Assembly (NCBI GenBank): GCA_038087875.1
Contig: JAXLNO010002266.1
Span: 1 to 64,000, forward strand
From: Malacoraja senta
Taxonomy: Eukaryota
Length of the DNA: 64,000 bases
Direction of reading: 5' to 3'
The notes under the pieces are model-generated. The model was not told the origin of the DNA. It did no database searches and saw nothing but the letters and a program-made list of their open reading frames with translations. The position numbers and the translations under genes are program-made. Shown piece by piece: positions 38,672 through 52,373 of this stretch. The stretch's first letter is position 1. Each line of letters begins with the position of its first letter.

Positions 38672-38730
38672 AACATGTGTCTTCCTTATTTTAAAACACG
38701 TGTCTTCCTTATTTTAAAACACGTGTCTTC
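38672..38730. promoter_or_regulatory. 23-bp tandem repeat (2.6 copies) in the IL20RA proximal promoter region
   Basis: Unit AACAYGTGTCTTCCTTATTTTAA lies 160-220 bp upstream of the ATG. Each unit carries an E-box (CATGTG or CACGTG), and the two full units also carry a GGAAG ETS core. Confidence 0.45.
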
Positions 38731-38829
38731 TGAGGGCAGGGTCCAGGATTTGGACTTTGGTGCGTGGGAGACATGTAGCTTATCAAATCAGTGAGAAAAT
38801 CATATTAACGCGGACAGTGCACGTAGATT

Positions 38830-39200
38830 AGGAGGAGGAGGGGTGATATTATTACAGGTGTATAAAATCATGAGAGGAATAGATCGGGTAGACGCAGAGT
38901 CTCTAGCCCAGAGCAGGAGAAAGCGAGAACCAGAGGTTTAAGGTGAATGGGGAAAGATTTTATAGGAATCCGAGAGCTAACTTTTTTACATAAAGGGTGA
39001 TGTGACAATGAAACGAGCTGCCTGAGGAAGCAGTTGAGACAGGGACAATCGCAAATTTTAAGAAACTTCTGGACAGGTACATGGATAGGACAGGTTTGAA
39101 AAGATACTGGCCAAACGCAGGCAGGTGGGACTAGTGCAGATGGAACATGTTGGTTGGGGTGGGCAAGTTGGCTGAAGGGCCTGTTTCCACTCTATGATAT
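38830..39200 (+). mobile_element. CR1 3' fragment
   Basis: CR1 3' consensus. Confidence 0.75.
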
Positions 39201-39554
39201 TCTGCTGTTAGATTCTGTGTTCATTTGTGGTGGGTGAAGTTATATTCCCCTGTGCCCCATCTGCAACAAAAACAGAAAATGCGTGAAATACTCTGTAAAC
39301 CAGGCAGCATTCGTGAAAAGAGAAAATATCAAAATACCTGGTGCACAACTCGCCAGAACTGGGAAATAGAGAGAGATTCGCATGGGTTATCAGCAGAAGG
39401 AATGCGGGGGAGGGGTGTGTAGATCAAAGGGTGTTTGTGATAAGAGTCAAATTGGTTTTATGTGGGCAATTATCAGTTTGTGCTGATAAATATTGCCAAC
39501 AAGCCATTTGTCCTAAAACAGATAATCACTTTGATTTGCACATAGAGGCATAGA

Positions 39555-40455
39555 TTAATACAGTGTGGAAACAGGCCCTTCAGCCCAACTCGCCCACACT
39601 GGCCAACAATGTACCAGCTATCCTAGTCCCACTTGCCTGCGCTTGGTCCATAACGCTCCAAACCTGTCCTATCCATGTACCTGTCCAACAGTTTCTTAAC
39701 GATGGGATCGTCCCAGCCTCAACTACCTCCTCTGGCAGCTTGTTCCATACACCCACCTGTGTGAAAAGGTTACCTCTTGGATTCCTCAAATCTTTTCCCC
39801 TTCACCTTGAACCTATGTCCTCTGGTCCCTTACTCTGGGTAAAAGACTGTATCTACCCGATCTATTCTTCTCATGATTTTGTAAACCTCTATAAGGTCTC
39901 CCCTCATCCCTGTACGCGCCAAGGAATAGAGAGCCAGCCTACTCAACCTCTCCCTATAGCTCACACCCTCCAGTCCTGGCAACATCCTCATAAATCTTTT
40001 TTGAATCCTTTCAAGCTTGACAATATCTTTCCTATAACATGGTGCCCAGAACTGAACACAATATTCTAAATACGGTCTCACCAATGTCTTATAAAACTGT
40101 AATGACCTCCCAACTTCTATACTCAATACTGACTGATGAAGGCCAAATTGCCAAAAGCGTTTTTGACCACCTTAGCTACTTGCGACTCGTCCTTCATGAA
40201 ACCATGCACTTGTACTCCTCGATCCCTCTGCTCTACAACACTACCCAGAGGCCTATCAATTACTGTATAGGTCTTGCCCATGTTTGATAACCAAAATGCA
40301 ACACCTCACACTTCTCTGTATTAAATTCCATCAACCATTCCTCCGCCCACCTAACCAATCGATCCAGATCCTACTGCAATCATTCACAACCATCTTCACT
40401 ATCTGCAAAACCAATAACTTTTGTATCATCGGCAAACTTGCTAATCTTGCCCTGT
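39555..40455 (-). mobile_element. CR1 RT/3' fragment
   Basis: FYKTLVRPYLEYCVQFWAPCYRKDIVKLERIQKRF. The 5' end reads into an SKFADDTK-like RT motif. Confidence 0.88.
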
Positions 40456-41429
40456 ATGTTCTGTGGGTTTTTTTCCAGAATTTTCAGAATTTTTCACAGA
40501 TTTGTTTTCCCTTTCTTCTTCAATGACTTATGACACTCATTTGGATGAGGGGACCAAATGTAATATATCAGTGTGTAGGAAGGAACTGCAGATGCTGGTG
40601 TAAACCGAAGATAGACTCAAAAAGCTGGAGTAACTCAGCGGGTCAGGCAGCAACTCTGGAAAAAAGGAATAGGTGTTGTTTCGGGTCGAGACCCTTCTTT
40701 GGACAGTCTGAAGAAGGGTCTCGACCTGAAAAGTCACCTATGCCTGTAAATATATCCATGCTTGCTGATGGTATAAAACTGGGTGGCAATGTGGATTGTA
40801 AGAATAATGCAGAGAGGTTGTAGGAGGGATTTAGACAGGCAACATGATTGGGCAACAAGATGGTGGATAGAATATAACAAAAATGTGTGGTTACCAAAAA
40901 CGTAGACCCAATGGCCACGTGCAGCGGAAGTTCGGAAGCCCCGAAGACGGGACAGTCGAGGAGGGAGCTGCTGGCTGTGACGGACGTCAGGAGTGGACCT
41001 GTATGAGAGGGACCGGGGTATTACCTTCAGTGCCTTCAAGGTGCCCCAGGGACACAGTGGCGATCGGAGAGGGGAGTGAGACGCAGGCAGCTTTTGGAAG
41101 CATCACACACTATATGACACCAAAAGGTGGTTTCGCTACCATGGATTTCACCTCCTGACAAGATCACTTTGGTATTTTGTACTGCGTCACTTGACAAAAG
41201 GAACAACATTCCGAAACAAAATTATTGGGAATATGCCTTTAGACCCTCAGGCCAGGGCGAATCAGCAGTTGGATTATAACTACAAAAGGTCAATAGTAAT
41301 AGTTTTGTGAATAGATCTATCAACTTGTGAGGATCACGACAGGCATTTAACGCACCTCAGCTGATTGTATTTTGCTGCCTGTTTACTGCGTCTAACCAAG
41401 ACAACCACATTCTTCATTGTTTGTACAGT

Positions 41430-42040
41430 GATCAAGGCACTGTGATCAGTCAGAGTATTGAGTATAGAAATTGGGAGATTATATTACAGTTGTACGAGAC
41501 ATTAGTGAGGTCAAGTTTAGAGTATTGTGTTCAGATTTGGTCACCCTGTTATGGGAAAGATGGTGTCAAGCTAGAAAGGGTGCAGAGAACATTTATGGGG
41601 ATGTTGCCTGGATTCGAGGGTTTGAGCTATAGGAAGAGGTTGAGCAGGCTAGGATTTTATTCCTTGGAACACAGGAGGATGAGGGGTGATCTTATAGAGG
41701 TGTATAAGATTATGAGAAGAATAGGTAGGGTAAATGCAGTCTTTTTTACCAAGAGTAGTGGGAATCAAGAACCAGGAGCACAAGTGAGGGGGGTCAGATT
41801 TAATAGGAACCTGAGGGGTTGGTTTTTTATACAAAGGGTGGTAGGTGTATGGAACGAACTGCCAGAGGAGGTATTTGATGCAGGGATTATTGCAATGTTT
41901 AAAAAGCATTTGGAGAGGTTTGTGAATAGGATAGTTTTTGAAGGATATCAGTCAAACACAGGCAGGTGAGACGAGTATAGTTGGTTGGTATGGGCAAGTT
42001 GGGCCAAAGGGCCTGTTGCGTGCGGTATGTCTCTATGACT
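41430..42040 (+). mobile_element. CR1 3' fragment
   Basis: 182-aa ORF LYETLVRSSLEYCVQIWSP...WNELPEEV. Confidence 0.85.
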
Positions 42041-42490
42041 TGGCACAGTCCATCAAAGGAACAGCACCCCACCATCGAAAGCATCTACAGTACATGGGGT
42101 GCTGCTACCTTCAAGGATCCCCACCATCTGGGACATTCTCTCATGGCAAGAGGCTCAGATGCCTGCAGTCCCACACCACCAGTTTCAGGGACAGTTACTT
42201 TCCTGCAACCATCATATTCTTGAACCAACTTGCACAACCCTATTCCTACCTCGACAATGCAACGCCACCGACCATTGCCTGCACGACGATGGACTTGTTT
42301 TCTAATTGTGTTTTGCACTAAGATCTTGCTTTTTGCAATCTTTTCCTTTTCACTGTTTTATAATATTTATGTTTAATTTATTTCTGTGTGTGTTGTCTGT
42401 CCCTAAGTGCCTGTGATGCTGCTGCAAGCAAGTTTTCATTGTACCTGTACCTCCCTGTACTTCTGCATATGACAATAAACTGGATTTGAT
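42040..42490 (+). mobile_element. Rex1/Babar-like LINE 3' fragment (similar pieces at 1-225 and 23725-24020)
   Basis: KDPHHLGH...TTSFRDSYFPATI peptide remnants and a tail ending GACAATAAA. Confidence 0.5.
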
Positions 42491-42889
42491 ATGAAACAGT
42501 TGCAGAATAATAATTATACTATCACGTGAAAAATGACCTCTGTGTTCCAATACATCATGAACAGATGGGTGCAATAAAGTAATGTTTTCCAGATTTATGG
42601 ACTGCATACCGGTGTTGTTTTTCACTGGGGTAAAATTCACTGACAATTATGATAACACTGGTTATGATAAAATTGGTGTGTGAAAGCTGTCAACAGGCCT
42701 GGCTGAAATGCCGAACAGGGGTCACTTTCAGGTCAGTCAACGGCCATATTAGCGGAACTGTTCACCTGTTGCTGAGTTGGCAGATTTCTGACTGCTGGTA
42801 TTGTTAATGGTAGTGGTTTATTACTGTCACCTGCACCAAGATAATGAAAAAATATTTTTGTGCATTCTGGTGCTTTTTTGCCTTGAGTC

Positions 42890-43190
42890 AGTGAATATTG
42901 GACCAGAAGACACAGGTTTAAGGTGAAGGAGAAAATATTTAATCGGAATTTGAGGGGTAACTTTTTCACACAAAGGGTGGTGGGTTTATGGAATGGGCTG
43001 CCAGAGGAGGTAGTTGAAGCTGGGACTATCCCAACATTTAAGAAACAGTTAGACAGGTACATGGATAGGTTTGGAGGGATATGGACCAAGCGCGGGCAGG
43101 TGGGACTAGCGTAATTGGGACATGTTGGCTGTTGTGAGCAAGTTGGGCCAAAGGGGCTGTTTCCACACTGTTTCACTCTATGTCTCTATG
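42890..43190 (+). mobile_element. CR1 3' fragment
   Basis: FNRNLRGNFFTQRVVGLWNGLPEEVVEAGT. Confidence 0.8.
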
Positions 43191-45495
43191 GTCAAATCTT
43201 ATTATGGAGAGACACAAAACGCTGGAGTAACTCAATGGGTCGGGCAGTATTCATGGAGAACACGGATAGGTGACATTTTGGGTTGGAACCCTTCTTGACT
43301 AATCATACTGTCAAGGGTTGTGCCACGAACAGTGTAGTTCCCCCCCCCCACCACCCTCCCCTTTCTTTTAATCATCCAAACTGCAAATCTGAAATGGTGA
43401 CGATTTAAAAGGGAATGCTTGCATTCAAGGTCAACCTTGACTCAGCACCAACACTCTTGCTACTGAGTTGGAAGCTATTTGTTCATAGTCAACCCCTACA
43501 GGATTTCCCCCTTTACTTGACAACTGCAATTTTTTTCACAATTCTGACAGGGGTGACCAAGCACTATGTGCCTTTATTTTTGTTAACCGGCACGTGCAAG
43601 TTCCTCATGTCTCCAGGATAGACACGTTACCTGCCTTTGTGCCTGATAATTTAACTTCAAAAATATAGAAGCATTCACCCCACCATGGCTTGGGGTGCAA
43701 CTATCAGTTCAGCCTGATTACAATGCTCTGGGAACTATGCACTGTGAATAGACTGGAAAACATAGTGTTGACTTCTTTGGAACAGATGGATTATTTTCTC
43801 TGAAGCACCAAAAATTGAGGGAAAACCTGATAAATTTATGAGAGGCAGAGATAGCGTAGACAGTCAGAATGTTTTTCCCAGGGTATAGATTTAACGTGAG
43901 TGGGAATGCACGGGGTAGGTTTTTTACACAGGGGGTGCCTGGAACACACTGCTGGTGGTGGTGCGGAAGTCAGATATGATAGTGGCATTTAAGGGGCTTC
44001 AGATGCGCACATGGACATGCAGGGAATGGAGAGATATGGATCACATGCAGGTTGAGAACATTTGTTTAACTTGGCATCATGTACATCATGGACATTGTAG
44101 GCCGGTTCCTGTGCTGTACTGTTCCTATGTCCTATGAAAACCAATGTAATTATAAATTGTCATGCTGTATTGCAAGAATCCCATTCTTGCTTGCAGGAAT
44201 TGTACCAGCTAAAGTTTTACATTATACTTAAGGTTGTAAATATTAATATTATATCATTTTTGGAAGCCGCTCAGATTAACTTGAAAACAATGAGAATTTA
44301 ACACATGAGTTATTTAAAGATGGTTTCAGAATTTTGCAGTTGTCCCATCTTGAGTCGTAAACATTGTAGGGGCCCTTTAAGAAAATTCTGATCAAAATTG
44401 TTGAAGGACTTCCTGAATATAATTCTTGTCTAACCATCTTTAAAAAAATATATATATGTAAAACTGGTTCATGTATCTTGTTGTGTTTTATGACTGTTGG
44501 CAGCAATTTCCTTCCTGGAGTAAATAAAGTTCTATCGTATCATATCGAATCATATTGTGTATGAATGTTATATGTATGTATGTAAAGAGCCAGAAAGCCC
44601 CAGTTTGACAAAGTTCAGAACAGACAAAATGATTTAGTTAGAAAACATAACAGCAAAAATATGTTTGAAGTTTTACAGGCTATGAAATTTGGTACTGAGA
44701 ATCTGAAAATAATTACCCAATTTATTCTTCACAGATCTCAGTAGACTGTGAAATTTTAATATTAAAGGTGTTGGAAAAAACATGATATTTTTTTGTTTCA
44801 TGTTAACTGCAAAACAACCTGGTATTTGAAGGCTTTGGTCTTCTACTTCCTGTTCCCTATCTGCAGAATGGAAGTCTTTGCAGAAAACCAAAAATCTCTG
44901 TTGCATGCAAAAAGGAACCAGGGTTGAATTTGTTGTTTTTCTATGATTCTCGTTTGTTGCAAAACATACTTGGCGAATAAAGTGTGATTCTGATTCTGAT
45001 TCTGATTATATATGTGATCTTTTAAGAATTATTCCATTTTGTACTGAAAATTAATACTGAGACTAGTATAGCTAAGACGTGTTGGCCGGTGTGGGCGAGT
45101 TGGGCCGAAGGACCTGTTTCCATACTGTATCACTCTATGGCTCTCAATGACTCTAAATATTCATCATACCCCCTGTACCCTGTACACAACATGTCGCCTG
45201 AATTGACTACATGGGAACATTTTAGCAGAATCTGAACATTGGCTTTGCGTCTAATTTAAGGTGAGTTTTGTGAATCTAATCAGGGCAGCAGGTTTGTTCA
45301 TTTATCCACTCGGGTATTTTTCACCATTCAGCAAGATCATGGGCTGCACTGTACTAATTCAATATGCCTGTCTTTGCCGCCAATCCATTTATACATTTGG
45401 CTGATGGAAATCATTCAACCACACATTTAAAATTAATGATTGGGCAAGGGTAGTTCCAAATTTCTGTGCTCTCTTTGTGAAGTAGTTTATCTTTA

Positions 45496-45971
45496 AGGGC
45501 CTGTCCCACGGGCATGCGACTCCATGCGGCAAGCGCGACCTAACCGCAAGCGGGGGCCGTGCGGGGGCCGCGCGGAGGTCTCGGGGCCATTCCCACTTCG
45601 ATCGCCAGAGCCGTATGGAGTTGTGCGGTGCTGGTCCCGACATCGCGCGGGGCTCCGAAAAACTGACACTGTTCAAAAATTCCGTGCGGCAACGGCCTGC
45701 CACCCCACAGCCGCATCGAGGCCCTGCGTACCGCCTCGATGCCGGACGCAGCCGCATCGAGGCCATGCTCACCGCCTCGCTGCCATACGCACCGTCTTGA
45801 CGTCACTCGACCTCCGCGCGGCCCCCGCTTCCGATTTGGTAGAGCTTGCCGCATGCAGCCGCATGCTGGTGGGACCGGCCCTGTACGGGGATCACTCGAT
45901 CTCCGCGCGGCCCCCGCTTGCAGTTAGGTCGCGCTTGCCGCATGGAGTCGCATGCCCGTGGGACAGGCCCT
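45496..45971. mobile_element. PIF/Harbinger-like MITE, GC-rich subfamily
   Basis: TIRs of about 70 bp starting AGGGCCTGTCCCAC, TTA TSD. Core shared with 51929-52373. Confidence 0.82.
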
Positions 45972-47116
45972 TTACTTTCAGATGTGAGAGTATTTTTTTT
46001 TATCAGTTCATCTGATTAATCTCATAGCTGTGGGAAACAAGCTTAGTATCTGTGATCTGTTCACGTATCCCTTGGAATCCAGGCAACATGTGGGTGGCGC
46101 AGTGGTAGAGTTGCGCAGGAGTCCGGGGTTCGATCCCAACTCCTGCTGCTGTCTGTACGGAGTTTGTACTTTCTCCCCATGACCTATGTGGGTTTTCTCC
46201 GAGATCTTCAGTTTCCTCCCACACTCCAAAGACATACAGGTTTGTAGGTAATTTGGCTTGGTATAAGTGTAAATTGTTCCCAGTGTGTGTAGGATAGTGT
46301 TAATGTGCGGGGATCGCTGGTGGGCGTGGACTCGGTGGGCCGCAGGACCTGTTTCTTGCTGTATCTCGAAACTAAACTAAACTAAACTAAATTTACATTG
46401 TGTACCAACTGTGGTCACAATATCCACCCAAAACGTTGGTGTCCATCACCTCCCATACTGTCTTAGGCATGGTTAATCAAGGGCCTTGTTTAGATTTAGC
46501 ACCATCTTATATTTCTGCCCTCTAGGGACGTCTGATATTTCATGTCATTTTGATAATTTTCTGAAAATCAAGTGATTTGGATGATCTTTGTGTACAGACT
46601 CTGAGGCACAATTGGTGGAACTGCTGTCCCACGGTGCCAGAGATCTGGCGCTGACAGTGGGGAGTTTGCACGTTCTCCCTGTGAACAGATAGGTTTCCTC
46701 CGGGTGCTCCGGTTTCCTCCCACATGCCAAAGGCGAGCGGGTTTGTAGACTAATTGTCCTTCGTAACTCACTCCTAGTGTGTAAGGAGTAGATGCAAAAA
46801 TGGGATAACATTAAACTAGTATAAAGAAAGACACAAAATGCTGAAGTAACTCAGTAGGTTAGGAAGCATCTCTGGAGAACCAGGAAAGGTGCCTGACCTA
46901 CTGAATTACTCCAGCACTTTTTGTCTTTCTGTGGTATAAACCAGCAGCTGCAGTTCCTTGTTATTACATAACACAAATATTACCAGTGATCGATGGTCAG
47001 TGTGGGTTCAATGGGCCAAAGGGTCTGTTTCCATGCTGTAACTTTTCATTAAAAATTGAATCTTAAATCATTTGCCCGTCTGTTTTTTTTGACCGATTAC
47101 CATTTAGCAGGTTTTT

Positions 47117-47440
47117 TAGATTTAGTTTAGCTTAGTTTAGTTTAGTTTAGCGATACAGCGTGGAAACAGGCCCTTCGGCCCACCGAGTATGCCGACCAGT
47201 GATCCCCGAACATTAGCACTATCCTACACACACTAGGGACAATTTTACACATACACCAAGCCAATTAACCTACAAACCTGTATGTCTTTGGAATGTGGGA
47301 GGAAACCGAAGATCTCGGAGAAAACCTATGCAGTCACGGGGAGAATGGACAAACTCCGTACAAACAGCACCCGTAATCAGGATCAAACCCGGGGCTCCGG
47401 CACTGCAAGCGCTGTAAGGCAGCAACTCTACCGCTGCACC
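47117..47440 (-). mobile_element. V-SINE (HE1-like)
   Basis: Reverse-complement copy with a (TTTAG)n tail. Confidence 0.8.
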
Positions 47441-50400
47441 AACTATCGTTTAGAGGGTCAAACTAAATGACTCTCATATTTATTTGTATTGAAATTAATT
47501 TACCACAGTTTTGCCTATAAATTTAATTTCTGAATAACCCTTGATAATTTTATGTTTCTATCTTCACCAGGAAAAGCCAAACCCTTGGGCCAAGTATGTT
47601 CACAGGGAGAACGTACAAATTCTGTACAGATGGCACCCGTAATCAGGATGGAACCCGGGTCTCTGGCACTGTAAGGCAGCAACTCTACCGCTGTGCCAAC
47701 GTGCCGCCCAACGGAGGCGTTGAGGCCAGGGACAGATCAGCCACGATCACAGTGAATGGCAGGACTGACTTGAGGGATCAATTAGCATTGTCTTGCCCCT
47801 GTTTATTATATTTCTTGTTTCTTGGGGTAAAAGCAGGGTCACACTGCTGTACCGAGGCTTCATGCTTCACCTCTGATTTATCGGATTACGATAATTTAAT
47901 TTTATCTCTGAAGATTTGGGATTGTTTCAGGCATTACCAGGCCACTTGACTTGGAGACTTGACTTGAATCTGTGGAATTCATTGCCTTGGCCGTGGAGGC
48001 CAAGTGAACGGATATTTTTAAGGTGAAGATTGCCAGATTCTTAAGTAGTACGGGTGCCAGGGGTTATGGGGAGAAGGCAGGAGAATGGGATTGAGAGGGA
48101 ACGATAGATCAGCCATGATTGAATGGCGGAGTAGACTTGATGGGCCGAATGGCCCAATTCTGCTCCTAGAACTTTTGAATTTATGAATTCAAGTGAGAAG
48201 AGTGAAATGACTGTAGCTTCTATTGCAAACTTCACACATTTAGGGTTCAAATCACACCAAGATAAAGTGATGATGAATTTAATAAATCTGAATTTGCACC
48301 AAAGGGAAATAAAACAATTTTGTGGAAAAAAACAATTACTTCTCTCAGGAGGTAAACTGCAGCTTATATTGATTTGATTGTATTTACACATAATATTATC
48401 TGATATGATTGCAAAACAAAGGCTTTTAACTATACCTCGATACACTTGAAAAGAATAAACCTGAACCTAACAATTATTCTGCAGCTCATATTGTGCTTGA
48501 GTTAGATTTGATTCTTTATACATAGTTTTATCTGATCCGAATGGATAGCACACAAAACAAAGGTCTTCACTGTAATTCAGTACATGTGACAAAAATAAAC
48601 TGTAATTCAGTACATGTGACAATAATAAACCTGAACCTAAACATTACCTGACTGACAAAGAGGTTAATTTCCTAAATAGGTCAGGAATAAATACCACCAT
48701 TATCACAAAATATTTCTGCATAGGCAATAAATGTGACCTAACTGGCTTGATCCACATTTTGAGAGCACGTTAAAACGCTTTATTCTTAAATATCCTCCAG
48801 GGCAGCTCTTAAATTCAATGTAGAACATTCCTTCCATTCACGCATAATTGCCGCAAACATGAGGCACCTCTCGAGATGCATGTGATAACGGCTATAAATT
48901 AATCAGCCGTTCCATACAGCATGGAAACAGGCCCTTCAGCCCAACTCATGAATGCTGGTTTAGTTTAGTTTATTATTGTCACATGTACCGAGGTACAATG
49001 AAAAGCTTTTTTTCTGCATGCTGTCCAGTCAAAGAAGACTATACATGATTACAATCAAGCCATCCACTGTGTACAGATAAAGGATAAAGGGTCCAACATT
49101 TAATGCAAGTTACCCTAGTTAACTAAGATGCCCCATTCACGCTCATCCCATTCGTCACATTTGGCCCATATCCCTCTAAATCCCTCTCAATCTGAAGAAG
49201 GGTCTCATCCCGAAACGTCACCAATTCCTTCTCTCCAGAGATGCTGCCTGTCCCACTGAGTTACTCCAGCTTTTTGTGTCTACCTTTAATTATTAGTTTT
49301 ATTGTTTGTAGCATTGTAAGGATTTGTTCTATTATGGGGGTCTTTTCTTCTTTTCAAGAGTGAGGCAAATATTCAAGTCTTCCATTTAGCTTCATTATCA
49401 TATTAGAGAATAGATATTAATAAATATGCTATTACATCTGTAACATTTAATAGAGTTTGTAAGAGTGAAGATAGACACAAAGTGCTGGGGTAACTCAGCG
49501 GGTCAGCCAGCATCTCTGGAGCAAAAGGATGGGTGACGTTTCGGGTCGGGACCCTTCTATGAAAGATTATGCAGTTTCAAAAGAGCATCTCTTCTCTTTG
49601 CCTGAAAGTGTTAATGTCGAAGCAGCCAATGGCCACCAGAAGTATTCAGACTGCACAGATCCTGATGGCAATCTGCCTGCATGGCTGATTTGTTGCTGGT
49701 ACTGCTCTTTTAGAACTCAATGCTGCAGCCACATCCTTCACTTAATTGTGGACTGCTGCACGTGCATTAGCATCAGGACGATCGCCTGTCAGTGCAATTT
49801 AAAAGAATCATGAACTATTCTCTGTCTGCTTGCTGATTGCTTTATGTTGGCGGTTGCCTTCAATGCTCTATGGCCATGAACTTGACAGGTTGGGCTCCTG
49901 TCTGAGGGTTGGTAATGTTTGCCACCTATTACTTGTGGTCATTTTCCATTGCTCTAAGCAGTCAACGTGGAGTAGCGCTTCATAGGAGGGGAAGGATGAA
50001 AAGGAAGAGGTAAGAGAGGCTGATAGAAGGCAGGGTCGACCTAAGTCGAGAGCGGATTCATAAGTTCATAAGTGATAGGAGCAGAATTATTCAGCCCATC
50101 AAGTCTATTCTGCCATCCAATCATGGTTGATATATCTTCCCCTCTTAACCCCATTCTCCTGCCTTCTCCCCTTGACACCCGTACTAATCAAGTATAGAAC
50201 ATGAGCAAACATATGTCCCACAGTAATCGAATGGTGGAGAAATGTAGCAGGGAAACAGGCCCGTTGGCCCATTGAGTCTACACCAACCATTAACCGTCCA
50301 TTTTGAAAGGACTGGGGGCTTACCCACAGAGCAGAGTGCCAGTTGTGGCCTGCATGTTATCTTGTGGGTATTGCGTATCATATCTGTTTTACTTTAAAGA

Positions 50401-51928
50401 GATACAGCGTGGAAACAGGCCCTTCGGTCCACCAAGTCCATGCCGACCAACGATCACCCAGCACACTAGCACTATCCTACACACTAGGATCATTTACAAT
50501 TTACAGAAGCCAATTAACCTACAAACAATCCAAGTCTATCCCTGCAGATGAAACCCTCTAATCCAGGCAGCATTCTGGTAAACCTCCTCTGCACCCTCTC
50601 CAAATCTCAAGCATCATTCCTGTCACTGCACACAATACTTCAGATCTGGCCTAACCAAAGTCCTATAGTGATGTATCATGAGTTCTTGACTCTTATATTC
50701 AATACCACCAACAATAAAGGCAAGCATACCATATGTCTTCTTTACCACCCTATCTAGTTGTGCTGCCACCTTTAGCGAGCTATGAATTTGGACTCCAAGA
50801 TCCCTCTGCACATCAAAGTTGTTGAGAGTCTTGCCATTAGCTGTGAAGTTGAACTAAAGGAAATTAGTTTCAGCTAAAAAAATAGTATCGGAGAAACTAA
50901 TGGCGTTGAAAGCGACTAAAATCCAGGGTCTGAAGATTGGCACCAAAAGAGCTACATGTGCTGGTTAAAACTGTAGAGAGACACAAAATGCTGGAGTAAC
51001 TCAGCGGGACAGGCAGCACCTCTGGAGAGAAGGAATGGGTGACATTTTGAGTCGTGTCTGAAGAAGTATCTCGACCCAAAAAGTCACCCAGGAATGGGTG
51101 ATGTTTCGGGTCGTGACTGAAGAAGGGTCCAGCACTTTCTGTCTGTCTACATGTGCAAATGGTGGATACAGTGGTTATCATTGACCAGTATTCCACACAT
51201 TATGAAATAGTTCCTGTAGGTGGGAAGCTGTCAAATGTCACTTTGCTATTTGATAAAAGAGGGAAACTGTTTTGGGGCTTTGTCAGCCCAACATCAGTAG
51301 CGGGGAAAATACCAGCGAGAATGACCATGGATGAGATGACAGGAAACAGAAACTAGAAAGGTGGAGAATTTGATACCGCAAAGATCCACAGAGGCCTAAT
51401 CACTGAATGCTTTTTTAAGAAGGAGATACATTGATTGAATGATTGGTAATGAGTGAGGTTCTCTTGATCTTGACGTTCAAGTAAAAGTTATAGATCCTTG
51501 CTGAAGTTCATAGGGAAAGATTTTTCTTGAACAACGGGCGGCACGGTGGTACAGCAAATGCAGCGGCGGAGACCCGGGTTCGATCTCGACTACGGGTACT
51601 GTCTGTATGGAGTTTGTATGTTCTCCCTGTGACCTGCGTGGGTTTTCTCCGAGATCTTCGGTTTCCTCCCATACTCCAAAGACATGCAGGTTTGTAGGCT
51701 AATTGGCTTGGTAAATGAAAGTTGAAAGATATATGGAAACAGGCCCATTGGCTCATCGTCTGTCGTCATGAATGATGGGGGGACCCGGTAGGGGGCCGTT
51801 AAGAACAAAGCGGACCCAGCTGGGTGGCGCTTGCGACCACGTGTGGCCGCAGGCTTGGCTCGCCGCTGCGATAGGACTTTTTGGTGAACTTTTGTAACTT
51901 CGCCGGCCAGAAACATGATGATACTAAA

Positions 51929-52373
51929 AGGGCCTGTTCCACGGGCATGCGACCTGCATGCGGCAACAACGACCTAAAGGGCCTGTCCCACCAGCATGCG
52001 CCTGCATGCGGCAAGCGCGACCTAATTTGGTCGCTTGTGCCGTACGGCCTCGCGGGGCCGGTCCCACTTCGATCGCCGGAGCCGTATGGAGTTGTGCGGA
52101 GCTGGTCCTGAGATCGCGCGGGGCTCCGAAAAACTGACCGTGTTTAAAAATTCCGCGTGGCAACGGCCTGCCGGACCGCAGCCGCCTCGACGCCGTGTCA
52201 CTCACTCGACCTCTGCGCGGCTCCCGCTTCTGGTTTTGTCACGCTTGCCGCATGCTGTACGGCTCAAGCGACCACATTAGGTCTCGCTTACCGCATGCAG
52301 GCGCATGCTGGTGGGACCGGCCCTTTAGGTCGTGCTTGCCGCATGCAGGTCGCATGCCCGTGGGACAGGCCCT
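51929..52373. mobile_element. PIF/Harbinger-like MITE with doubled (nested) TIRs
   Basis: Outer and inner AGGGCCTGTYCCAC termini on both sides. Inner unit is 51978-52324. Confidence 0.8.
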
